A stretch of DNA of 25,624 nucleotides from Promethearchaeia archaeon (GCA_046483985.1 JAWOCD010000058.1:1-25624); one strand, 5' to 3'. Positions 7,140-17,297 are shown, counted from the stretch's first letter. Numbers and translations: made by a program. Notes: generated from the letters alone by a model not told the origin.

Positions 7140-9929
7140 ATGGATTCAAAAGAAATTATAATTACGCCAGAGAGCCATTGGGATCGAGAGTGGTATCTCC
7201 CATTTCAAGAGTATCGGGCTCGTCTTGTTCAAATGCTCGATGATCTCTTGGAGATTTTTGATACCGATACGGATTACAGTAATTTCACATTAGACGGACA
7301 AACTATCCCCTTGGAAGATTATTTAGAAGTAAGACCCACCAAGAAGGGCAAGATTAAAAATTATGTTGAGAAAGGTCGTCTTTCTGTTGGTCCCATGTAT
7401 ATTTTACCAGATGAGTTTCTAGTGAGTGGGGAATCCCTAATTCGGAATCTATTGATAGGTCATAAAATTGCTCAAAGGTTTGGGAAAGTTATGAAGGCGG
7501 GATATATTCCAGACCCCTTCGGGCATATTGCTCAGTTACCTCAAATTATCAGCGGATTCGAAATTCCTTCTATCTTGTTTTGGAGAGGTTTGGGAAACGA
7601 ATACGATGAACAAAATTTGAATATGGAATTTATATGGGAAGCCCCAGGAAAAGCGAGTTCTACAACCGCCATTTTCTTAGCAAAGGGTTATGGCTCGGTT
7701 GCTGATTTAAGCACCAAAAAGTATGATGGAAAATATAAGAAAGCAATACGAAAGATTAGACGAACGGTGAAAAGTCTCGAGAAAGAAACGGTCACCCCAT
7801 ATACATTACTTAATAACGGCTCAGATCATCATGTCGCCCAGCCCGAAATCCCAAAAATTGTGAACCAATGGAATGAGAAATATCCAGAGAATAAACTGGT
7901 GCAGAGAGATTTTGAATATTATGTAGAAAAGGTTCTCCAAGCAGATGCAGAGTTAAAATCCTTTCAAGGTGAATTACGGGGAGGAAAATATGCACATCTT
8001 CTATCTGGAGTCTTTTCCGCCCGAATGTGGATAAAACAACGCAATACGAAAATTGAATATCTTTATGAAAAATATGCAGAGCCCATCTCTACTATTACGT
8101 GGTTGTTGGATAAATATGAAAATTTTGAATACCCGCAAGACTATGTTAAAACGGGTTTAAAATGGTTAATCAAGAATCATCCTCACGATTCCATCTGTGG
8201 CTGCTCAATTGACCAAGTTCACGATGAAATGGAGACTCGATTTGATTGGGCAGAACAAATTGCGGAAGAACTGTATAAAAACGCTTTTATTTATTTATAT
8301 GATCTAATAAAATTTAAACAAAAAGAGGATAATGAGATGGTTTTATTAGTTTTTAATCCGTTGCCGTGGGATCGAACCGATATCGTAAAGTTTAACGGAG
8401 TTTCAATAGAACAAAAAGGAGGAAAATTCACTGAAAAGATAAAAATAATCAATGATGAAGGAAAGGAAGTACAGTTTCAATATCGGTATATTAAAGAAGA
8501 GCCTCGCTATACAAGAGTAGGTAATATTTCACATCAGTTCTCTTTCCTGGCGAAAGTTCCGGCTTGTGGATTCAAAACCTATTATGTGATTCCAGGAGAA
8601 GAAAGTTCCAATACCAAAAAGAAAAATCACGAATTTAAAATAACTGGGAATTCAATTGAAAATATATATTATAAAATCACACTTGTAGAGGATGGAAAAC
8701 TCAATCTTTTAGATAAAAAATCCGAAATGTTGTACGAGAACATTTGTTTTTTTGAAGATTCTGGAGATTGGGGGGATGAATATGACTTTTCTGGACCAAA
8801 TGATGAACAAACCGACAAAAGATTTACATCAAGTGATATGGAACTCGAAAATACAGAGATATTACTGGACGGAGTCACTCAAAAGACGCTTAAAATAGAT
8901 TTAAACTTTCGCCTGCCCATTTCCCTCTCTCCAGACAGAAAAAGGAGATCAAATACGTTATGTGATAATCCAATAGAACTCGTTATTACATTGTGTAAAG
9001 AGATGAAAAGAATTAATTTTAAAATAAAACTTGATAACAATAGTAAGGATCATCGAATTAGAGCTATTTTCCCGTCTTATATCAAGGCAAAGCAAGTCTA
9101 TGCAGACGGACATTTTTACGTTGTTCCTAGGGATATAAAATTGCCCGAAGCCGAATATTGGGGCCAAGATCCATTACCAACTAATCATCAAAAAGATTTC
9201 GTGTGTGTGCAAAGCGAAGATAAATGTTTTGCGGTATTGAATAAGGGTTTGCCAGAATATGAGCCAATAAAAAAGGATGATGGTACTATTTCGGTGGCAA
9301 TTACGCTTTTGAGATGTGTGGAATGGCTTTCTCGCGGAGATCTCGCTACGCGGGGATCAAACGCTGGTCCAGGCCTTAAAACTCCCGGAGCGCAATGTCA
9401 AGGGGAACACACATTTGAAATGGGTTTAATAATTGAAAATGAAAAGAACAATTGGTTGGATGCTAATATTGCATGCAGAGGAAAGGAATTAAATAATCCT
9501 TTAAAACCGATCTTCCCGAGAATGGCGGATACCCCTCTTCGGATTGGTGATCATATCCTATTATCGTCATTAGGTTTGCTTGAAATCTTTTCAACCCCCC
9601 ATGAACGTAAGGTTGATCCATACTTACCTCCCAACGTAAGTTTTCTTAATATTGATAATAAAAACATAATGTTAAGTGCATTAAAGAAAGCAGAAGATGG
9701 AGATACATTAATTATAAGATGTTATAATCTCTCTTCCGAAGCTCAATCTGCAAGGATTACCTTTTTTGAGAAACTTCAAATACAGCTAGCTGAACTTGTA
9801 AATTTCTTGGAAAAAAAGCCTAAAAATCCTATAAAAGCAGAAGTAAAAAAAGTCACTGATAACCTTATCAAGATTGATCTTCAACCCCATGTGATAGCGA
9901 CTTTAAAACTGAAGATCTCCCATTTATAG
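7140..9929 (+). CDS. GH38 alpha-mannosidase (MngB/MAN2C1-like)
   Basis: SHWDREWY Zn-binding motif, LDGQ, GPMYILPDEFLVSGESLIRNL, PDPFGH nucleophile region, HPHDSICGCSIDQVH, DWGDEYDFS, TLLRCV. Confidence 0.95.
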   Translation: MDSKEIIITPESHWDREWYLPFQEYRARLVQMLDDLLEIFDTDTDYSNFTLDGQTIPLEDYLEVRPTKKGKIKNYVEKGRLSVGPMYILPDEFLVSGESLIRNLLIGHKIAQRFGKVMKAGYIPDPFGHIAQLPQIISGFEIPSILFWRGLGNEYDEQNLNMEFIWEAPGKASSTTAIFLAKGYGSVADLSTKKYDGKYKKAIRKIRRTVKSLEKETVTPYTLLNNGSDHHVAQPEIPKIVNQWNEKYPENKLVQRDFEYYVEKVLQADAELKSFQGELRGGKYAHLLSGVFSARMWIKQRNTKIEYLYEKYAEPISTITWLLDKYENFEYPQDYVKTGLKWLIKNHPHDSICGCSIDQVHDEMETRFDWAEQIAEELYKNAFIYLYDLIKFKQKEDNEMVLLVFNPLPWDRTDIVKFNGVSIEQKGGKFTEKIKIINDEGKEVQFQYRYIKEEPRYTRVGNISHQFSFLAKVPACGFKTYYVIPGEESSNTKKKNHEFKITGNSIENIYYKITLVEDGKLNLLDKKSEMLYENICFFEDSGDWGDEYDFSGPNDEQTDKRFTSSDMELENTEILLDGVTQKTLKIDLNFRLPISLSPDRKRRSNTLCDNPIELVITLCKEMKRINFKIKLDNNSKDHRIRAIFPSYIKAKQVYADGHFYVVPRDIKLPEAEYWGQDPLPTNHQKDFVCVQSEDKCFAVLNKGLPEYEPIKKDDGTISVAITLLRCVEWLSRGDLATRGSNAGPGLKTPGAQCQGEHTFEMGLIIENEKNNWLDANIACRGKELNNPLKPIFPRMADTPLRIGDHILLSSLGLLEIFSTPHERKVDPYLPPNVSFLNIDNKNIMLSALKKAEDGDTLIIRCYNLSSEAQSARITFFEKLQIQLAELVNFLEKKPKNPIKAEVKKVTDNLIKIDLQPHVIATLKLKISHL

Positions 9930-10069
9930 TATAACTATGATTTATATACATTACATTATTTGCCTTTTGGGCAGCAACTATTCGATATTTTGCACTTAAC
10001 ATTTTATACTTTTGCAATCGAAGTCAAAGACTTGACTGGATTATAAATTTAAGGGCTAAAAAGTGAATC

Positions 10070-10113
10070 TTGAACTAATCACGCTTAAAGGCGTGAGATT
10101 CACGTCATTTTTG
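10070..10113 (-). mobile_element. 44-nt single-hairpin IS200/IS605-type mini-element, copy B (different sub-family)
   Basis: Minus strand reads TTTAT|CAAAAATGACGTGAATCTCACGCCTTTAAGCGTGATTAGTTCAA. GAAT at the foot of hairpin TCACGC-CTTTAA-GCGTGA, ends TCAA, TTTAT at 10114-10118. Confidence 0.7.
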
Positions 10114-10125
10114 ATAAAAAAAAGT

Positions 10126-11538
10126 TTAAAGTTTATTAAAGTCCTTTTTAGCAGCTCCGCAGACAGGACAGACCCAATCATCGGGTATTTCTTTAAAAGA
10201 GGTTCCAGGCTCAATTCCGCCATCTGGATCCCCCTTCATTGGGTCATACACATACCCGCAAATAGAACATTTCCATTTACCGCCTAATTCTTCGCTCGTT
10301 TTTTCAATTTGTTTTCCTTCCATCTCTTTTTCTACCTCTCCTAATTCACGTTCTACATCCCTTTGAGGTAGATCAAATAAATTCGGCATGCCATGTTCAT
10401 ATTGTTTCCTAGCAAATCGAGAAATTACAATCCTTTGAATTTCGGAGGTTCCCTCATAGATTTGAAAGAGTTTAGCATCACGGAATAATTTTTCAACTGG
10501 ATAGGTTTTAATATATCCATAGCCCCCAAAAATTTGTATGGCTTCAGTTGTGACTTCCATTGCAACATCGGAGGCAAAAGCTTTTGCACATGCTGAACTT
10601 AAGTTATTATCCATCCCTTGGTCCGCTTCCCATGCAGATTTATAAGTTAATAAACGTGCAGCTTCAATGTCTTTGTACATTTCTGCGATTTTAAATTGAA
10701 TTGCTTGATATTTCCCAATCTCGCGTCCAAAAGCCTCCCGTTTTTTTGCGTAATCAATAGCATATTCCATTGCAGAACGAGCCGTACCAACGGCAAACGC
10801 TCCTATTGCGGGTCTTGTATGAGCAAAGGTCTGCATTGCTAATACAAAGCCTCTTCCAGGCTTAGCTAATACATTTTTTTTGGGAATCCGCACATCATTC
10901 AAAATAACTGATGTTGTATTTGATGCTCGCTGACCTAATTTGGGAATATGTTTTCCAACTTTAACACCATCAGTATCTGTAGGCACTATAAATGCGCAAA
11001 TACCTTTATGTCCTTTTTCTGGATCCGTAGTAGCGAAGAGAGAAATATAATCTGCAAATCCCCCATTGGTTATCCAATATTTATTTCCATTAAGAATATA
11101 ATCTTCCCCGTCTTTCTTAGCTCTACATTGCATTCCAGCCACATCAGATCCCATCCCAGTCTCAGAAGTTGCAAAAGCAATTAGCGTGAAATCATTTACC
11201 AATTCGGTTAAGATTCGCTCTTTTTGTTCCTTATTTCCTCCAATTATGATAGGTTCTGCACCTAAATTATTGTCAAAAATTGAAGTCGCAATTCCCGGAC
11301 ACGCAGCAGCAATTTCTTCCACCACGATTACAGACTCCATCAGTCCATATCCATTTCCACCATATTCTTTGGGGATAGATAAATTTAAAAGACCTTCTTC
11401 CCATGCTTTCTTGATGACTTCTATGGGCATACGTCCTTCTCTGTCATATGCAGAGGCTACAGGTAAAACTTCCTCAACGGCAAATTCTCGAGCTTCCTTT
11501 TTTAATTTTTTTTGTGTGTCTGTTAATTCAAAATTCAT
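10126..11538 (-). CDS. Acyl-CoA dehydrogenase with C-terminal rubredoxin domain
   Basis: ACAD motifs [50 protein letters not shown] charged linker is followed by [37 protein letters not shown]. Confidence 0.95.
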   Translation of the reverse strand: MNFELTDTQKKLKKEAREFAVEEVLPVASAYDREGRMPIEVIKKAWEEGLLNLSIPKEYGGNGYGLMESVIVVEEIAAACPGIATSIFDNNLGAEPIIIGGNKEQKERILTELVNDFTLIAFATSETGMGSDVAGMQCRAKKDGEDYILNGNKYWITNGGFADYISLFATTDPEKGHKGICAFIVPTDTDGVKVGKHIPKLGQRASNTTSVILNDVRIPKKNVLAKPGRGFVLAMQTFAHTRPAIGAFAVGTARSAMEYAIDYAKKREAFGREIGKYQAIQFKIAEMYKDIEAARLLTYKSAWEADQGMDNNLSSACAKAFASDVAMEVTTEAIQIFGGYGYIKTYPVEKLFRDAKLFQIYEGTSEIQRIVISRFARKQYEHGMPNLFDLPQRDVERELGEVEKEMEGKQIEKTSEELGGKWKCSICGYVYDPMKGDPDGGIEPGTSFKEIPDDWVCPVCGAAKKDFNKL

Positions 11539-11758
11539 AATTTTAACCTCTAATTCAATTTTTTTATTGATATCTCAATTATTTAACTCTAAATGAGTTA
11601 TAATCTATTTTATCTGAAATTATGGAATCGATTATTTATAATATATTTGAAATTGGGTTTTAAACTTGCTTCTAATTTTTTATAAAATTTATATATAAAT
11701 CTGATTTTTGAGAATAAAAATAAGTTAGATACTCCTTGAAGATTAGATTGACAATTTT

Positions 11759-12484
11759 CTATTTTAAGAGGATTTTCTTAACCCATTTAGGAAATGCAAA
11801 ACCCATATAAAAAATTACAGAACTAATGACTAAAATTAGTCTGGAATAAATGTTTAAAATAGGTTTTTTGTAAAGTGCATCGGTCATGGCCCCAATAGTG
11901 AAAAAAATAAAAGCAACCATAAGAAGTTTTCCTTTTAATTTCACCTCTTGAACTTCAGATTTTATTGATTGAATAGAAAAGAGTAAACCAGTTATCAGAG
12001 CTTCAAGAACATAAATTATAAGAGTATAATCAATATAGTCAGATATGTAAAGATAGCCTGAAATTTCTATCCCTTTTTGAAGATCAATGAGATAAAAATA
12101 AATTAAGAATATTTCATAAAATATACTAAGAATAACGGTCAAAATAAGAATCAGTTTTCGGTAGTTTTCTCTTACATTTAACATCTTAGTAAAGGCAATC
12201 AACCAGAGAAGTACTGGTATCGGTAATATTACATTATTTACAATTAAGTTGAAGGTTATGATCCATAACTGCTTTTTATTTGGATCGATTAAAATATAGA
12301 GAGGAGTTAACGCATCGGGAATCCAAGGACTTGCGATCCCTATCCATGCGAGTCCCACTAAAAGAATACGCGGAGCCCCATATTTAAAATATTGGGAGAT
12401 GATTTTAAACCCAACAATAAAGGTGATCAAAACAAACGCTAAACTGATAAGTCCCAGAGTAATATCAATTAATTCTAAGGGCAT
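11759..12484 (-). CDS. 7-TM membrane protein of unknown function, paralog 1 (start moved from TTG 12496 to ATG 12484)
   Basis: Seven hydrophobic helices by eye; MPLELID aligns with MALELMD of the neighbour; 170/241 identical by manual gapless alignment. Confidence 0.85.
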   Translation of the reverse strand: MPLELIDITLGLISLAFVLITFIVGFKIISQYFKYGAPRILLVGLAWIGIASPWIPDALTPLYILIDPNKKQLWIITFNLIVNNVILPIPVLLWLIAFTKMLNVRENYRKLILILTVILSIFYEIFLIYFYLIDLQKGIEISGYLYISDYIDYTLIIYVLEALITGLLFSIQSIKSEVQEVKLKGKLLMVAFIFFTIGAMTDALYKKPILNIYSRLILVISSVIFYMGFAFPKWVKKILLK

Positions 12485-12536
12485 TCCTATTGGCAATTCC
12501 GATAAATCTCTCTAAGATGCTTAAGGATGAAAACAA

Positions 12537-12553
12537 TAAAAAATTTGACATTT
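12537..12553 (-). promoter_or_regulatory. Conserved 17-nt upstream motif (probable BRE/TATA) of 7-TM paralog 1
   Basis: AAATGTCAAATTTTTTA on the coding strand, identical to 13399-13415, about 50 nt upstream of the ATG in both genes. Confidence 0.55.
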
Positions 12554-12621
12554 TTGAAAAAATTACTTTTAAATATTTAAGAAAAACGGAACGGAGCAAG
12601 TAAAAAAAGAAAAGTGGAATG

Positions 12622-13350
12622 TTAGTTTTTTAAGAGGATTTTTTTAGCCCATTCAGGTAATATAAAACCTATATAAAACATAATGGAACTGACGTCCAAA
12701 ATCAGACGGGAAAATATATTCGTAATATCAGTTATATAAAGGGCATCAATAGTGGCTCCAATAGTAAATAAGATAAAAGCAATTATTAAAAATAACCCCT
12801 TTAACTTCACTTCTTTATCCTTTGATCTCAGTGATTCAATAGCAAAGATTAACCCAGTAATTAATGCCACAAGGATATAAATTATTAGGGTATTGTCTAT
12901 ATAATCAGATGAATAAAGGTATCCCGTAATTTCCATTCCCACTTGGATATCTGTGATATAAAAATATATGAGGAATATTTCATAAACAATGCTGAGGATA
13001 AATGTTATACCAATTATTATTTTTCTGAAATTTTCCCTAATCCTTAACATTTGAGTAAATGCAGTTAACCAAAGAAGTATCGGAATCGGTAATATGACAT
13101 TATTGATTATCAAGTTTAAAGTTACAATCCAAAGCTCGTTTTGATTTGGGTCGATTAATATATAGAGTGGTTTTAACGCATCTGGAATCCAAGGACTTGC
13201 AAGTCCGATCCATGCTAAACCCACTAAGAGAATTGTCGGTACCCTATATTTAAAATATTTAGAAATGATTTTTCCTCCAACAATAAAGGTAATTACAACA
13301 AACCCAGCACTAAAAAGTCCAAGAATAATATCCATCAATTCTAAAGCCAT
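12622..13350 (-). CDS. 7-TM membrane protein of unknown function, paralog 2
   Basis: Tandem duplicate of 11759..12484; shared ASPWIPDAL, NNVILPIP, YEIFLIYFY, EVKLKG, DALY, SRLIL. Confidence 0.88.
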   Translation of the reverse strand: MALELMDIILGLFSAGFVVITFIVGGKIISKYFKYRVPTILLVGLAWIGLASPWIPDALKPLYILIDPNQNELWIVTLNLIINNVILPIPILLWLTAFTQMLRIRENFRKIIIGITFILSIVYEIFLIYFYITDIQVGMEITGYLYSSDYIDNTLIIYILVALITGLIFAIESLRSKDKEVKLKGLFLIIAFILFTIGATIDALYITDITNIFSRLILDVSSIMFYIGFILPEWAKKILLKN

Positions 13351-13398
13351 GTATATTTCACATTACGATTTTTTTAAGCTTCTAAGTAATAAAAATTT

Positions 13399-13415
13399 TA
13401 AAAAATTTGACATTT
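13399..13415 (-). promoter_or_regulatory. Conserved 17-nt upstream motif (probable BRE/TATA) of 7-TM paralog 2
   Basis: Identical to 12537-12553 while the surrounding intergenic DNA has diverged. Confidence 0.55.
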
Positions 13416-13590
13416 CGGAAATTTAATTTCATTGAAAACATAAAAGCCAAACAAAGTGAAAGAGATTCTCTTAGATTATAAATAAAACGGATCCAATTAA
13501 TTTATTTCTAAAGTTATCCAAAAGGATCTTTGTTGTAAATATTCAATAAAAAGGTAAAATCTAAAAGATAATATTCATTATATAAGTAAA

Positions 13591-14940
13591 ATGCGTATTA
13601 AGACCTTTGAGCGACTGTTAGGGCTTAAAGAGATCTATGAATTATGCGATGATTTTATCGAATCGGATTATGAAGTCTCTGATCACTCGTTCTATGATCA
13701 ATCTAAATTAATCATTTCAGCAATCAATCTCGAAGAAAATTCCATACTTATAAGCGGAACAACTAATTCAGAACATGAACGAACCCACCTAGCATTAAAA
13801 ATTATACCCACAGAGAAATTACACTCAATTTTATCCAAAAATCAGTCGGTGGAAAATTCAGTTGATGAAATCGGTGCCGCCATAAAAGAGATTACGGAAA
13901 AGATTGAACCTAAGGACATTTTTCCATTTACAAAACTCAATGGAGCAGAACTTGTAGAAAAAGAAACCAATAAAAAAATTATTAATCATGAGAAAAAACT
14001 ATTTAACCAAATCTTAGAAGAAGTAGGTCAAAAATTCAACTATCAAGATGATTTTATAAAATTCCCATTCTCTATTGCGGCAGTTGAGGGTTCTTGGGAG
14101 TTGTGGGAACCGATTTATGAACCCTATTTAAGAGAAATTGAAAAAAATTTGGATGAGATTCAAAATTATACATTTGATGTCTATAAAAATTATGGATTTT
14201 CATATCCTCGAGAGTTTTATCAGAGAGTTTTCGACTTAATGATTACGGAGGAGACAAATGTAAAAGGGTTTGATCCGAGCGAATTATTCACAGGGGTCAT
14301 CACCGAACGGATGAGTAAAATCGCTAAAATAAAAAATGCAGAAACTAAAAAGAAGCCCAAGATAAAAGGAACTCATTTTTTATGGATGACCTTTGTCTAT
14401 GCCTATAAAGAAGCAAAACCTATGAGTATAATCAAACTGTTAAAATTAAATCAAGAAGTAAAACGCTTTGCTCGTCAGTATAAAAAGCGACTTAAAGACA
14501 AATATATTGAAATAAGCCCTCGACTCATATTAATTTCTCTGTTCGGCTTTGATAATAAAGTAAAAGAGCATCTCAAAAACAATAGATTTCGGCAAGGTGA
14601 AGAGGTCATTCCAATTTTCGTTTTACCTGCGATTGACGGGAATTTATGGCATAATTTCAGAGAAGATAGAAAATTAAGTCGGGCTGATAGAGACAGAAAA
14701 AAAAAATCAAAAAAGATAATGGAGATCTATGATAAAATGTCAAATACCTCCTCATTTCGAAAGTCGCAGGCTGAAGAGGCAAGAGAAAAGTACAAAAATT
14801 TAGTCGCTCGTCAAAAGAAAGGAGAACTTGACACTCTCTTTTTAACAGATTGGGCAAAGATTCTTGAGAAAGATAATGTAAAATCATTACTTAATTTGGA
14901 GGAAAACCGAGAAAAAATAAAGGATATTTTTTCAAATTAG
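13591..14940 (+). CDS. Hypothetical soluble protein, 449 aa
   Basis: Long ORF with normal composition; acidic N-half, basic C-half; no family recognised with confidence. Confidence 0.8.
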   Translation: MRIKTFERLLGLKEIYELCDDFIESDYEVSDHSFYDQSKLIISAINLEENSILISGTTNSEHERTHLALKIIPTEKLHSILSKNQSVENSVDEIGAAIKEITEKIEPKDIFPFTKLNGAELVEKETNKKIINHEKKLFNQILEEVGQKFNYQDDFIKFPFSIAAVEGSWELWEPIYEPYLREIEKNLDEIQNYTFDVYKNYGFSYPREFYQRVFDLMITEETNVKGFDPSELFTGVITERMSKIAKIKNAETKKKPKIKGTHFLWMTFVYAYKEAKPMSIIKLLKLNQEVKRFARQYKKRLKDKYIEISPRLILISLFGFDNKVKEHLKNNRFRQGEEVIPIFVLPAIDGNLWHNFREDRKLSRADRDRKKKSKKIMEIYDKMSNTSSFRKSQAEEAREKYKNLVARQKKGELDTLFLTDWAKILEKDNVKSLLNLEENREKIKDIFSN

Positions 14941-15098
14941 TAATAGATTATCCTATTTACTCCTTTTTACAGAATCGCTTATTTAGATTAACTCAATTTT
15001 CTGATTTTTTCATTAATTTATTTTAATCGTAAAATTTTAAAATTAAAATTATACTATAATAGCATATAGAATAACAATATAGGAGCAAATGAAATCTT

Positions 15099-15989
15099 AT
15101 GCAATTATTCAAAATTGATAACAAGGGAGCATTATCAGAATTAAATAAATTAGAATTTATAGAGGATGATGCTTACATAATAGATGATGAAAGTACAATA
15201 TATCTCTGGTTTGGAAACGAGATAAGCAAAAGGCAAAAAGATAAAGCAATTCAAAAGGCAAGAAAGTTGAATAAAGATCGGAATGGTTCGGCAAAATTAC
15301 TCTCCATGAAACAAAACAAAGAGTATGGATCCTTTATGGCTATGATGGACGATCTCCAGAATGGGATAAAAGAAGGGGATGTACCCAGAAGAGCCGAATT
15401 TAAACTTGACATTGACAAATCGAAAGAAATTGAGAAAAAGGAGAAACAGTCAGAAAAAAAGGAAATAGAGGAAGAAGAAAAGAAAAAAGAAATTATAAAA
15501 TCAGAGAAAAAAGAGAAACAGCCAAAGGAAGCAAAAGAAGAGGAAGAAGAAAAAGAACTTGGTGTACATCAATGGCTAAAACAACAACAAAAATATCGGA
15601 CAACAAAGGAAGAAAAGATAGAAGCAGGAAGTCAAAAAAAGGAACCTATACAAGAACCAGAAGAAGACACATCGAATGCTGTAGTTAGTCCGGAAACTAA
15701 AGTTCAAGAAAAGTCAACCGTGGAAAAAAAGGAAGAACCCGAGATGGATTTTGAAGAGGATGTAAAAACTGCCGCATATTTCGTCTCTCAAAAAGGACAC
15801 TCTTATGAGGACCTCTGCTATATCTTGGCTGAAAAAATAATCCTCGAACAACCTTTTGGATACGCATCTAAAGAACAAATTCGGAAAAAAGCGAAAGAGA
15901 TTTTTCACTCCTCTACCTCATATGACGAATTGTGCTGGCTTATCGGAGAAATGAATGTTTTAATCGAAACAAACTTTTACAACTTTTAA
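15099..15989 (+). CDS. Gelsolin-domain protein with E/K-rich linker and C-terminal helical domain (Asgard 1DGelX-like)
   Basis: Gelsolin core F.EDDAYIIDDESTIYLWFG...A..L......QNKEYGSF. About 120-aa charged linker. C-terminal internal repeat AYFVSQKGHSYEDLCYILAE / AKEIFHSSTSYDELCWLIGE. AGGAG SD upstream. Confidence 0.8.
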   Translation: MQLFKIDNKGALSELNKLEFIEDDAYIIDDESTIYLWFGNEISKRQKDKAIQKARKLNKDRNGSAKLLSMKQNKEYGSFMAMMDDLQNGIKEGDVPRRAEFKLDIDKSKEIEKKEKQSEKKEIEEEEKKKEIIKSEKKEKQPKEAKEEEEEKELGVHQWLKQQQKYRTTKEEKIEAGSQKKEPIQEPEEDTSNAVVSPETKVQEKSTVEKKEEPEMDFEEDVKTAAYFVSQKGHSYEDLCYILAEKIILEQPFGYASKEQIRKKAKEIFHSSTSYDELCWLIGEMNVLIETNFYNF

Positions 15990-16116
15990 TATTCTCCACT
16001 TTTTTAATTCTCTTTTTTTGTGAGTTTTTAATTCTATTTATTTTAATCATCAATTAAGAGCACGGTTTAACTAAATTACAAGGACTTAATTACAAGGATT
16101 TTTTATAGAGCTTATT

Positions 16117-17280
16117 TCATTCTTTCCGCGCGACATCCTTTATTCTAAACCAATGTTTATTCATTACGAGAAACCCAAGAACAAAAATGTAAAAAATTAA
16201 GAAAGCATATCCATATATATGTGATGATAATGAATACAAAAATATAATTAGCAACCACGCCGTCATAACTGCCGAGAAAGCACAAAAAGAAAGAAATAAG
16301 AGATCAGATTTAATTCGAATAATTCGTTTCCCGATGAAAAGAGCAAGAGAAAAGGAAATTGACATTGACAATACAAACGCAAAATTAAAGAAAAAAACGG
16401 ACTTAATGGGAACAAAAAGCAGACCAATAATTTGTAACGCTGAGATAATGAAAGTGAAAATAGTCAATACAAATATGATAAATATATCTAGGAGGAGTGT
16501 TTTGTAGGAAAATTGACTACTCTTATGTAAATTCTCTTTATAAAAATGATAGATGATTAAAATGATATTACTCAAAGCAAAAACAATAAAACTTGACAAT
16601 AGAACCAAGACAAAAGAGGCCCCATAAAGATAGAGAAATTCATTAACCGCTAAAATCTGAGGAAAGAATATTAAAACTGAAATTAAGTAGATCAGAATAC
16701 AAATAACGAGGAAAAGCTCGGAAAGGTTATTAGAAATAAGAAGATCTTTTTTAAAAAAAAAGTATGATAAAGATATATAAGCCAGAAGAAACACAGATAT
16801 GAATATAGCTCCGCTAAATCCTAAAATGAAGGAGATAAAGAGTACGGTAAAATAAATTTCCTCAAATTTTTCATTTGAAAGGTCAAAAGAGTTTGCTAAC
16901 TTTTCAAATTCCCTTCTACAGAGGGTAAATGAAACCAAAAACAGAACAAAAAAAAGCACCGAAGAGAGAGCTACAAATAGAGTAAATTTAAAGATTAATT
17001 TTCTCAAAAATAAATTCATTATTAATAGTGAAGTGGACGAGAAAACAAGTAGATTTTTAAAGGAAAGTGGGCTAGATCTCTCGGGAGAAGTATCAGCATT
17101 TTCCGTAAAGAAAATAGCGTCAGGAATATTAAGATAGCCAAGAAATAAAAGATAAGATACCGTTAAAAAGAGATACCCCATCATTTCATATTCAAAGAGA
17201 AACCAGAAAATCCCAGCTGTAATGGAAAGTAGAGAGAATATGGAACTCCAACCTGTTTTTGAGTTAAAATTTAGATTCAA
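16117..17280 (-). CDS. Polytopic membrane protein of unknown function (about 11-12 TM)
   Basis: Highly hydrophobic F/L/I/S-rich ORF; TTG start with GAGGT SD; 17 nt downstream of the phosphoesterase stop, so likely co-transcribed. Confidence 0.75.
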   Translation of the reverse strand: MNLNFNSKTGWSSIFSLLSITAGIFWFLFEYEMMGYLFLTVSYLLFLGYLNIPDAIFFTENADTSPERSSPLSFKNLLVFSSTSLLIMNLFLRKLIFKFTLFVALSSVLFFVLFLVSFTLCRREFEKLANSFDLSNEKFEEIYFTVLFISFILGFSGAIFISVFLLAYISLSYFFFKKDLLISNNLSELFLVICILIYLISVLIFFPQILAVNEFLYLYGASFVLVLLSSFIVFALSNIILIIYHFYKENLHKSSQFSYKTLLLDIFIIFVLTIFTFIISALQIIGLLFVPIKSVFFFNFAFVLSMSISFSLALFIGKRIIRIKSDLLFLSFCAFSAVMTAWLLIIFLYSLSSHIYGYAFLIFYIFVLGFLVMNKHWFRIKDVARKE

Positions 17281-17297
17281 TTAAGTTTAACCTCGAA

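Noticed and set aside
10022-10037. Inverted repeat AGTCAA-AGAC-TTGACT between convergent genes
   Set aside because: Only a 6-bp stem, single copy, no supporting context.
11759-13350. 7-TM pair as rhodopsins
   Set aside because: Helix 7 has no retinal-binding lysine motif (DxxxK/SxxxK); it reads SRLIL(V/D).
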